Source: an uncultured Spirochaetota bacterium
GTDB taxonomy: Bacteria > Spirochaetota > Brevinematia > Brevinematales > JAOACQ01
Assembly: GCA_963835575.1 (NCBI GenBank)
Contig: CAWIGG010000002.1
Coordinates: 1,344,001 to 1,408,000 of the forward strand
Reading direction: 5' to 3'
DNA: 64,000 nt
Positions 10,128 to 18,740 of this stretch are shown here, piece after piece. The notes beneath the pieces were generated by a model. It was not told where the DNA came from and searched no databases. It worked only from the letters and a program-made list of their open reading frames with translations. Made by a program: the position numbers and the translations under genes. Every line of letters starts with the position of its first letter. Position 1 is the stretch's first letter.

Positions 10128-11299
10128 TTACAGTATTACCGGAACGCCGAAGCTTCCCAGTAAACCGGCCAGGTTGTCCTCACTGATGACATGCTGGTTC
10201 ATATAATCCAGGACCGTTTTCATATCGAACTCCAGGGAAAAACCGGGCACCTGCTTGTAATTCTCGTCCGAATCATCAACAATGGTAATATTTTCACCGT
10301 CAACCGATTCGGAACGCATAATATCAGTCAGAATCTTATCCTTATTGATACCGTCGATTGCGGCTTTGAAATCCACAGGGCTCATTTCGCCGATAACGCT
10401 TTTCGAATCGCTGTCCGTCTGGATCTGAAAGCCGTAGCTGTAATCGAGCCCCAGCTTCGATTTCAGATAATCCGTAAAACATGAAAAAGCGCTAGAGACA
10501 ATCGCGATTTTATAACCCATCACCTTGAGGGTCTGGAGCAGCTCCAGAGTGGCGGGCATGGGTTTCACGGATTGTATGACTGTATTCAAAACATCAAACG
10601 GAAGATTATCAAGGCGCTTGAGGGCTTCTTTTATAAAAGAAGCGCTGCCGCCCGAAGCCATGGCTTTTATAACTGAAGGCTTGATATCCGCCTGCTTGAG
10701 TAATTCCTGAATGACAGCGGGCTCGATAAAACTTTTATTGATATGAAAGAGGATGACCCTCTTTTTTTATTGAAAACGTCTTCCGTCTGGAACATGGTAT
10801 TGATATTCAGGCTGTTCATTGTCTTCTTCAGCTCGGTCTTTAAATTCTGAACCGGAAGGGTACAGCGGCTGATGTCGGCCAGGAGCTCCATCAGGAACAT
10901 CCCGGCACGGGCGATGTTCTGTGAAAACTCAATATTGATATTGTATTTTGAAAGGCTTTCCGAAATTGCGGCGATGATCCCCGGCTTATCGCTTCCGATC
11001 AGGACAAGGAGCATATTCTTCTTGTCGGAGCTCCTCGGAACGGGATAATATTTGTCCAGGATAAGGTTCAGGTTCGTGTCCAGCGAAAGCTTTTCCACAA
11101 GCTTTTTAAGTCCCTCCAGGCCGATGCCGGAATTGGAAAAATCCGTCACCAAGAATATGGTAAAGAGGCCGTGCATAACGTCCTGGCGCATATCGACGAT
11201 ATTGCCGTTAATTTTCGAGATTTCCTTCGTTATCCTGCCGACCAGGCCGACGGAATCACTGCCTGTGCCGTAGATGATATAAAGACTATGCTCCAGCAT
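10128..11299 (-). CDS. ACT-ACT-SerB-like (HAD) protein, frameshifted at an A7 run near 10762-10768; HAD nucleophile absent
   Basis: Two ACT domains (GSDSVGLV, GSDKPGII). One extra A gives NKKKRVILFHINKSFIE..., which joins 10128-10661 (LKVMGYKIAIVSSAF). Confidence 0.75.
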
Positions 11300-11831
11300 A
11301 AGGGCCTCCTGTTATTAAAAAAGCTATGCTGTTATTTTAACATTTTTAGATAAAATATTCTAATTTAAAGACTGCCGGGATATTTGCCGCAGAGGAGCTT
11401 AGGACGCGGAGTAAGGAATGGAGGTATTAACACATCTTCTATTATTTTATTGAATCTCATGTTTGGGAGTTTTTATTGTAAAATCTGATTTTATCATAGA
11501 CGGATTGGGTGAATGGATTCGGCAGAGCCTGCCCTGAGCTTGCAACGAAGGGCTCACCACAAGTTTTTAAGGATTTAGTTTTAAGCTTTGCGGCTTTTTA
11601 ATTCAAATCAGGGCTTTTGATATCTGAGATAGTTATAATAAATAACTGAGGGAGCTGAGATAATGGAAGGGTTGGGAATGCGGCTATGCCCGACGGATAA
11701 AATATTATTTTAGATGAGTTTATCCATTACCTTCCGACAACATGACAAATCTCTCACTTCCCTTTAAAATTATATCCTGTTAATCCTGCTGATCCTGATC
11801 TATTGGGGCAGTATAATAAAGGAAGGAACAA

Positions 11832-12566
11832 ATGTTCGACATGCTTTTCTTCATCATCACAACTTCGCTCTTTGACAGCGTTTCCACTACCCAGCAGATC
11901 ATCATATTCGCGCTCCTCCTGGCCACAAACCGTCCGGCGGCAAACGCTTTCAGCTTCCTGGCCGGTCTGTCCCTTTCCTATCTTGCACTCGGCATCATTG
12001 GACTTCTGGAAATCGGCAAACTGAACGCTCTGCTGGGCAATTTCATCAATATGCCTTCCATGATTTCTGATACCTCTTATTATAAAATACAGCTGATCAC
12101 AGGGGTCCTATTCCTGATCTGGGGAATTGTTTACGCCGTCAGGAAGAAGTATTCCAAAAAACCGCCGTCGGAAAACTCTCTGATCGCCCGTCTCAAGCGC
12201 ATCAATCCAGTTATCTGTCTCTTGATAGGCGTTTTTATCACCGTTTCCTGTTTTCCCGTTTCCCTGCCCTATATCGGCGCCATTGAAAAGCTGGACCATT
12301 CGTCGCTCGCGTTTCATTCCAGGATCCTCATGATCGTTTTATACAATATCGTTTACGCCCTGCCGATGCTCATTGTCTATCCGCTTTATCTATACCTCCG
12401 GTCTCACGTGGAAGACTGGGAGCATAAGCTTCACTTTCATATCAACCGCTGGAACGTCGTACTGACCTTCCTGCTCCTCGCCGGTATGGGACTTTTATTC
12501 ATCATCGATTCGGCCTTTTACTATTCAACAGCGCATCCTTTATTGAAAACCAAATTTCTCTGGTAA
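11832..12566 (+). CDS. GAP/Sap (LysE-superfamily-like) membrane protein
   Basis: About six TM segments; FDSVS, NAFSFLAG, SLPYIGAI, LYNIVYALP. Confidence 0.65.
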   Translation: MFDMLFFIITTSLFDSVSTTQQIIIFALLLATNRPAANAFSFLAGLSLSYLALGIIGLLEIGKLNALLGNFINMPSMISDTSYYKIQLITGVLFLIWGIVYAVRKKYSKKPPSENSLIARLKRINPVICLLIGVFITVSCFPVSLPYIGAIEKLDHSSLAFHSRILMIVLYNIVYALPMLIVYPLYLYLRSHVEDWEHKLHFHINRWNVVLTFLLLAGMGLLFIIDSAFYYSTAHPLLKTKFLW

Positions 12567-12650
12567 TACTGATAAACCGGTATCAGCATGGACGCGAAGC
12601 ATTGCGTCTCTGATTATATTGAGGAATCTCTATTTTATTATATTTTATTT

Positions 12651-12679
12651 TTTTACTTTCCGTCCGCCGGCGGACATGC
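12651..12679 (+). repeat. Direct repeat, left of the TA module
   Basis: ttttactttccgtccgccggcggacatgc; 28/29 identical to 13454-13482. Confidence 0.85.
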
Positions 12680-12720
12680 TATGTTGAGGAACAGTGCAAC
12701 TGAGTTGTATTCTTTTCCCC

Positions 12721-12757
12721 TTGACTTATACAAACTTTGTATTTACAATTATACAAT
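12721..12757 (+). promoter_or_regulatory. Sigma70 promoter with overlapping operator for the TA operon
   Basis: ttgact(12721)-17nt-tacaat(12744). Inverted ttgtat...atacaa overlaps the -10 box; RBS ggagg follows. Confidence 0.6.
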
Positions 12758-12772
12758 AAATCGGAGGATTTT

Positions 12773-13024
12773 ATGAGCGTCAATACAGTAAACATTTCCT
12801 TTAATAAGGAAATGCTAAATAAAATCGATAAAATCGCTAAGGAAGAGGATCGTACCCGATCGGATTTACTGCGTGAAGCTGCAAGGATGTATATTGAAAG
12901 AAAAAAAAGATGGGAACAGATCTTTTCTTACGGTGACAATCAAAAGAAAACCGTGAATATTCCCGAGCCAGAACTTCAAAATGAAATACACCAATACAGA
13001 AATCAGAAAAGGACTGAAAATTGA
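12773..13024 (+). CDS. CopG/RHH antitoxin
   Basis: TVNISF..MLNKIDKIAKEEDRTRSDLLREAARMYI; overlaps the start of the PIN gene. Confidence 0.88.
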   Translation: MSVNTVNISFNKEMLNKIDKIAKEEDRTRSDLLREAARMYIERKKRWEQIFSYGDNQKKTVNIPEPELQNEIHQYRNQKRTEN

Positions 13025-13419
13025 TTAAAGCTGTTCTGGACTCAAACGTCATTATTTTCGGTATTGTGTTCGGCGGAAAACCGAGGAAATTGCTCCAATT
13101 GATTATTGAAGGCAGGGTATATTTACACATTTCAAAGGAAATAATCGATGAAATCCTGGAAATACTGGAAATCAAATTTAATTTTTCAAAAAAGACGCTA
13201 CTGGCAATTGAAAACGAATTAAGCTCGACAGCTAATGTGGTAGAACCGGAAATAAAAATAGATTTAATTAAAGAAGACACTGATGATAATAAAATACTTG
13301 AATGCGCCGCCGCCGCGGATTGCGATTATATCATTTCCGGGGACCATCATCTCCTATCCCTTGAAAAATATCAAGCAATAGAAATTATGTCCGTTTCTGA
13401 TTTTTTGGAGCTTCTGTAA
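13021..13419 (+). CDS. PIN-domain (VapC-like) toxin
   Basis: VLDSNV, EI, DTDDNKILECA, IISGDHHLL. Confidence 0.9.
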   Translation: MIKAVLDSNVIIFGIVFGGKPRKLLQLIIEGRVYLHISKEIIDEILEILEIKFNFSKKTLLAIENELSSTANVVEPEIKIDLIKEDTDDNKILECAAAADCDYIISGDHHLLSLEKYQAIEIMSVSDFLELL

Positions 13420-13453
13420 TTCATCGTCCAATTATTCTTTTTTTTATTTATTA

Positions 13454-13482
13454 TTTTACTTTCCGTCCGCCTGCGGACATGC
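13454..13482 (+). repeat. Direct repeat, right of the TA module
   Basis: ttttactttccgtccgcctgcggacatgc, followed by the hairpin acagccgaaggctgt. Confidence 0.85.
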
Positions 13483-13550
13483 CAGTCGTACGGAACAGCC
13501 GAAGGCTGTGCCGCCCTCCACTGCCATACCTGCAAAGGCGATAAAAAACA

Positions 13551-14336
13551 TTAATCCACAATCTTCTTCTTAAGCCGGCTGATCCCCAGATAGCCGAAGA
13601 TGAGAATAAAAGCGATGATGTACAGAATATCGAAAAGGAGAGAGATTTCATAACGATTGAAGCAGAGGGCGCGCGCGAGGCGGACGGTGTGCGTCAGGGG
13701 AACTATCTCCGCGATGATGCGGAAGGGCCCCGGAAGGCTTGAGATGGAAAAGACGATGCCTGAAAAAAAGAACATCGGCGAGAGAAAGCCAGTAAAAAAG
13801 AAATTGAACTGGTCTATACCGCTCACAAGAGAAGTGATGAACATCGCTATGGACGCGAACATCAGGCCGGTTAATAATCCGATAAAAGGGGTCAAAAAGC
13901 TGGTAAGGGAAGGGACAAACCCGAATAATTTAATGATGATCAACACCGCCAATGAGAAAAAGAAACCCTTGACGCCGGCCCAGAGTATCTCGCCCAGAAA
14001 GATATTCTCCGCCGTCAGCGGCGCGGCGATCATCCCGTCATAAATTTTGTCGAACTCAAGGCGGATATACGTGCCGTAGGAGCATTCAAAGGCCGAAGTG
14101 AACATCGCCGTTGAGACAAGAAGGCCTGTCGCCAGAAACTGCACATAAGGCACACCGTCCATGGTGCCGATGGAAACACCAAGCCCTATGCCGATTCCGG
14201 CCAGGAATATGAACGGGTCCAGAAAAGGCGGAAAGGCGTTGGTTATGAAATTCTTCGTATAGACGCGCATATGCCGGTACCAGACGCTGTATATCCTGTG
14301 AAAAAAAGAAGGGACGCACGGCTTATTGTTCCTCAT
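13551..14336 (-). CDS. ABC-2 permease (NodJ-like)
   Basis: YVQFLATGL, FECSYGTY, PMFFFSG..F..SSLP, PLTHTV. Confidence 0.88.
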   Translation of the reverse strand: MRNNKPCVPSFFHRIYSVWYRHMRVYTKNFITNAFPPFLDPFIFLAGIGIGLGVSIGTMDGVPYVQFLATGLLVSTAMFTSAFECSYGTYIRLEFDKIYDGMIAAPLTAENIFLGEILWAGVKGFFFSLAVLIIIKLFGFVPSLTSFLTPFIGLLTGLMFASIAMFITSLVSGIDQFNFFFTGFLSPMFFFSGIVFSISSLPGPFRIIAEIVPLTHTVRLARALCFNRYEISLLFDILYIIAFILIFGYLGISRLKKKIVD

Positions 14337-15255
14337 TGAGGCTCCTCCCTGTCGTTTTAAGGAAGAGGTCTTCCAGGTTCGACTGCCGGATGTAAAAATC
14401 GCCCGCTCCCATGCATTCAGCCAGTTCTTCAAGATACCTCAGATCATTCGAATAGTAAACGATCATCTCCTCCGATTCCTCTTTCCGGCCTTTATCCGCG
14501 TTTATTTTTTTCTCAAGGCATTTCGCGTTCTCTTTATTAATGATCTGGAGAGCGTATTTTTCAATATGTTTCGCGATAAGCCCATGGGGATTGCCTTCCA
14601 TCACTTTGACGCCTTTGTCCATGATAATGACATTATCGCAGATCTCAAACGCCTCATCCATGTAATGGGTGGTCAGGAGAATAGTGACGCCCTCTTTTTT
14701 CAGCTTCCTGATCTTGTCCCAGATCAGGTGCCGGACCTGCGGGTCAAGGCCGGTCGTTGGTTCATCCAGAATGAGCAGGCTCGGATCATTAAGCAGGGCG
14801 CGCGCTATGATCAGGCGGCGCTTCATTCCGCCGGAAAGCTCGCGGACCTTCGCTTTCTTTTTGTCTGAAAGTTCCATAAAATCGAGCAGCTCACCTATCC
14901 TCTTCTTTGCCTCCGCGTCGGGAATTCCGTAAAAGCGTGAGTAAAGATAAAGGTTTAAAAATACATTGACTTCCTCGTCAAGATTGTCTTCCTGCGGGAC
15001 AACGCCGGAGAGCGATTTGATCTCGAGCTGATTTTCGGCCGGGTCAAACCCGAGAACATTGATTTTGCTGTGCACTAAATCGTCCCTGACGGCTTTTCCA
15101 TACAGCATCTTCATCATGGTCGTTTTGCCCGCGCCGTTCGGGCCCAGGAAACCGAAGCACGTCGCTTCCTCAACCTCGAAAGAGAGATTTTTGACAGCCC
15201 TGATGTCTTTATAGCTTTTGCTGACATTATTTACGGTGATAACGGTTCGACTCAT
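14323..15255 (-). CDS. ABC ATPase (NodI-like)
   Basis: GPNGAGKTT, LSGGMKRR, LILDEPTTGLDPQ, TTHYMDEA. Confidence 0.92.
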   Translation of the reverse strand: MSRTVITVNNVSKSYKDIRAVKNLSFEVEEATCFGFLGPNGAGKTTMMKMLYGKAVRDDLVHSKINVLGFDPAENQLEIKSLSGVVPQEDNLDEEVNVFLNLYLYSRFYGIPDAEAKKRIGELLDFMELSDKKKAKVRELSGGMKRRLIIARALLNDPSLLILDEPTTGLDPQVRHLIWDKIRKLKKEGVTILLTTHYMDEAFEICDNVIIMDKGVKVMEGNPHGLIAKHIEKYALQIINKENAKCLEKKINADKGRKEESEEMIVYYSNDLRYLEELAECMGAGDFYIRQSNLEDLFLKTTGRSLNEEQ

Positions 15256-15411
15256 TTTCCTTCCTTATTAATAATTGTCTTAACCTAATGATTATAACAA
15301 CCGGCCTTGATTTTGTAAAATTCAATTTATTTTTTTATTAAACAATCTTTTCATTTACAACCAAGAACACTAAAGGGATCGGAGGCCGCAGAAAACCAGG
15401 AGAAATATTCG

Positions 15412-15617
15412 ACCACAGATTTCACAGATTACGAAAGTGTCTAATTGGATGGACTCCACCCTTTATACAAAAGAACTCAATTAAGAATCCTTTTCAATCA
15501 TATTAAAGCTCATAGGCCAAACACAATTTAAATCGGGATTTCACTGATTATCCATACAGATATATTCCTTAAACCTAACTCCCAAATTCCATCTGTGCAA
15601 TCAGTGAAATCTGTGGT
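15412..15617. repeat. Long-spaced inverted repeat, nested among other degenerate arms
   Basis: accacagatttcac (15412-15425) / gtgaaatctgtggt (15604-15617). Confidence 0.65.
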
Positions 15618-15732
15618 TCCCTCCGGTGTTCAGTGGTTAACCCCCGTTAGTGGTCTGCAACTTGTACTAGACCCAGGTCCCGGATTAAATCGGGGAGATC
15701 CGGGTTGCTCTTTGTTTCTTTGTGGTCAGAAA

Positions 15733-17034
15733 TCAAGAAATCCCGATATCCGTCGGCGCCCTTCCCAGGCTTTTCAGCAGAGTCAATGTTTCCTCAATCT
15801 GTTTATTTAAATCCTCGTTCATATGCGCGCGGTACGGATAAATGGAGTATGCCTTTTTATATTGAGAAGGCGTCAGGTTGAGCATCACGGAGTTAGCGCC
15901 CGCCATCAGGCCTCTGCTCCGGGCCTCCTTACTGAGTGTTTCGAAGCCTGTCGTGACCAGTATCTTAGCGTTTTCCGGATCGGCGATCCTTGCCAGCGCG
16001 ATTGTTTTTAATATCAATTCAACGGGAGGTTTCTTCTGCCTTTCGAGGATCGTCCCCGGCGAAGGCAGGAACGGACCGAAGCTGTACATTTCCGTATGCA
16101 GTTCCCTGGCCAGGAGGATATCGTTCACAATGTCTTCCTCCGTCTGTCCCGGCAGGCCGATGAGCGAACCTGTGATGATGAGATAGCCTATTTTATAAGC
16201 TTCCCTCAAATGTTCCAGCCTTGTCCCGAGCGAATAGCCCGGATGAAGCTTTTTATAAATTTCCGGTTTCGATGTCTCGAACCGGAGGAGGAGTCCCCTC
16301 GCGCCGGCCTCATAAAGCTTTTTCAGTCCTTCGACGCCGGTCTCGCCGAAACTGATGAATATCAGCACAGGGTCCCTTTCTTTTATTTTCCGGATGATGA
16401 GAGCCAGTGCGTCAGAAGAATAACCGCAATTCTCGCCGCTCTGGAGGACAAGGGCTTTAAAGCCGTATGTCTGAATGGCTTCATGAGCGCTTTCCAGGAT
16501 CTCATTTTCCGTCATCCTGTACCGTTTGACGTTTTTAACTCCAATGGAAATACCGCAGTAGGCGCAGTTCCTGGAACATTGATTGGAAAACTCGATAATG
16601 CCATGGACACAGCATGAATTTTTATGGTACTTTTGTCTCAGCTGATTGGCGGTATGATAGAGTTCTTCCAGAGCACCGGGTTTCTTCATTTTCATCAGGA
16701 CCGTCATTTCCTGCCAAGTCAGTTCTTCACGGCGGAGCGCTTTTTCGAGCAGGTTTCCGGCATTTGAATCTATTGATTTGCCTTTACGATTAATACTCAG
16801 AAGCTCCTCGTCTTTTTTCTGGAGCTCAAAGAACAGTTCCCTCCAGGTTTTGAGTATCTCCTTCGCTTCCTTCGGCGCTATTTTTTCAATAACAAACCCG
16901 CCCTGAGCGTAGATATAATCGCCCGGAGTGAGGTCATGAAACTCGTTCAGCGCTTTCTTCTCCTCGCCGAAATAATCGACATACGCCCATTTTCCATCAA
17001 CAGACTTGACTTTACCCGGTATGGCATAACACAT
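15733..17034 (-). CDS. Fusion of a HypC/HupF-like domain and a HydE-like (BioB family) radical SAM enzyme
   Basis: N-terminus MCYAIPGKV..VDYFG..PGDYIYAQGGFVIEKI..EA (HypC-like). HGIIEFSNQCSRNCAYCG, VLQSGE, RFETS, GLPGQT and AGANSVMLNLTP..Y..YSIYP are HydE-like. RBS gaggtg precedes the ATG at 17034. Confidence 0.85.
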   Translation of the reverse strand: MCYAIPGKVKSVDGKWAYVDYFGEEKKALNEFHDLTPGDYIYAQGGFVIEKIAPKEAKEILKTWRELFFELQKKDEELLSINRKGKSIDSNAGNLLEKALRREELTWQEMTVLMKMKKPGALEELYHTANQLRQKYHKNSCCVHGIIEFSNQCSRNCAYCGISIGVKNVKRYRMTENEILESAHEAIQTYGFKALVLQSGENCGYSSDALALIIRKIKERDPVLIFISFGETGVEGLKKLYEAGARGLLLRFETSKPEIYKKLHPGYSLGTRLEHLREAYKIGYLIITGSLIGLPGQTEEDIVNDILLARELHTEMYSFGPFLPSPGTILERQKKPPVELILKTIALARIADPENAKILVTTGFETLSKEARSRGLMAGANSVMLNLTPSQYKKAYSIYPYRAHMNEDLNKQIEETLTLLKSLGRAPTDIGIS

Positions 17035-17202
17035 GGCAATTGTCACCTCTTAACTGATAATTATACTGCATTTTAAACCAAGCGTCAAATTACATATCAT
17101 AGCTGTCCTTCTAATAATTTTCACAGGAAGGCCTCGCGGATAATTAATAAAAATATTTTATTAACTTAAATAGGGAATCTGTGTAAATCCGTTGAATCTG
17201 CG

Positions 17203-18598
17203 GAGTTATAATAGAAAGTTGTGTATAGGAATAAATATTATAAAAAAGATGGCGTACCCTCTATAATTTATTTACGACAATAAACAAAAGGAGGAATACG
17301 CCATATGCCGAAGCACAACGAAGATTTTAAGCTCTTAGAGGCTTTTAATCAAGATGAAACAGTAGAATTTTTATGTCTTGAAGAATTGGCAAGGATCGGG
17401 GCCAGGGAAATAATCAAGAAGGCTCTGGAAGATGAAATTAATGGGTTTCTTCAGGAGAGAGAGCATTTAACTATCGAAGACGGGAGAAAGGCAATAGTAA
17501 GAAATGGGTATCATAAAGCCCGTCAGATTCTCATTGGTGGAGGGGCTATTGATGTATGTATTCCGAGAACAAGGAACCGACTCGGAGGCGACAATTTTCA
17601 AAGCCTAATAGTACCGCCGTATATGAGAAAAAGCCTGAGAATTGAGGAAGCCATTCCATTGTTGTATCTCTATGGAGTCTCAGAGATGGATATGGAGAAT
17701 GCCTTGAGAGGATTGCTTGGTGAAGAAGCGAAAGGATTATCAGCCTCAAGTATAAGCAGAATGAAACAAGGATGGGGTAAAGAATATGATGAGTGGCGGA
17801 CATCCGATTTAAGCGATAAAAAGTATTGCTATATATGGGTTGACGGCATTTACTTCAATGTACAGGGCAGCGAAGACCGTTTATGCACTCTTGTAATGAT
17901 CGGAGCCAATGAGAATGGTGAAAAGGAGATTATTCTTGTTGAAGAAGGTTACAGAGAGAATTCCGAGACTTGGTTAGGGATATTAAGAAACCTAAAAGAA
18001 AAAGGTTTGAAAGGTCCTATTCTTTTTATCGGAGACGGAAGCCTTGGATTCTGGAAAGCAGCCAAAGAAGTATATCCTGAATCCAGATGGCAGAGATGCT
18101 GGGTTCATAAGATAAAGAACATTCTAAACAAGCTGCCCAAAGTATTACAGTCAAAGGCAAAAGAGATGCTTCATGAGATATGCAATGCTCCTGATAAGGA
18201 TAATGCTATCAAAGCTTTTGAATTATTCCAGGCGGTTTTTAATCCTAAATATCCAGCAGCTGTCGAATGTTTAGAAAAAGATTGGGAGCTTATGATCGAA
18301 TTTTATAACTGTCCGGCGGAACATTGGGTACATATCCGTACGACAAACGTAATAGAATCTACCTTCTCTACAGTTCGATTAAGAACTAAAAAGATGAGAG
18401 GCTGCGGAACCAGGGAAACGATTCTAATAATGGTCTATAAATTACTGGATAAGGCATCCAGGCGATGGAGAAAATTAAGAGGTTATGAAAAGATTTGCCT
18501 TGTATTGGAAGGCGCTGTTTTTGAGAACGGAGAGCTTGTAAAAAAGGCAGCATAAAAAAATGAGAGGGTATGTCATACACAACATTTGACAAAAACTC
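17203..18598 (+). mobile_element. IS256-family insertion sequence (1396 bp) with a 9-bp TSD
   Basis: IRs gagttataatagaaagttgtgtat / atacacaacatttgacaaaaactc; TSD gaatctgcg at 17194-17202 and 18599-18607. Confidence 0.92.
17305..18555 (+). CDS. IS256-family (Mutator) transposase
   Basis: VRNGYH, YIWVDG, IGDGSLGFW, QRCWVHK, HIRTTNVIES; intact 416 aa. Confidence 0.95.
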   Translation: MPKHNEDFKLLEAFNQDETVEFLCLEELARIGAREIIKKALEDEINGFLQEREHLTIEDGRKAIVRNGYHKARQILIGGGAIDVCIPRTRNRLGGDNFQSLIVPPYMRKSLRIEEAIPLLYLYGVSEMDMENALRGLLGEEAKGLSASSISRMKQGWGKEYDEWRTSDLSDKKYCYIWVDGIYFNVQGSEDRLCTLVMIGANENGEKEIILVEEGYRENSETWLGILRNLKEKGLKGPILFIGDGSLGFWKAAKEVYPESRWQRCWVHKIKNILNKLPKVLQSKAKEMLHEICNAPDKDNAIKAFELFQAVFNPKYPAAVECLEKDWELMIEFYNCPAEHWVHIRTTNVIESTFSTVRLRTKKMRGCGTRETILIMVYKLLDKASRRWRKLRGYEKICLVLEGAVFENGELVKKAA

Positions 18599-18740
18599 GA
18601 ATCTGCGAAAATCTGTGTTAAATTGGGGTTTAATAATAAGGGGCCTTTGAGCTTATGAATTTCATATATTACAGCATTTTTTGGAAAAACCGCCGGAATA
18701 AAGTTATAATATCTCCTTATTAGAATTAAAGAGGACATCT

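Noticed and set aside
15733..17034. PylB (pyrrolysine biosynthesis) assignment for the radical SAM domain
   Set aside because: The motifs (GIIEFSN, RFET, AGAN..M.NL.P..Y..Y) are HydE-like, and no pylS/T/C/D genes are in the window.
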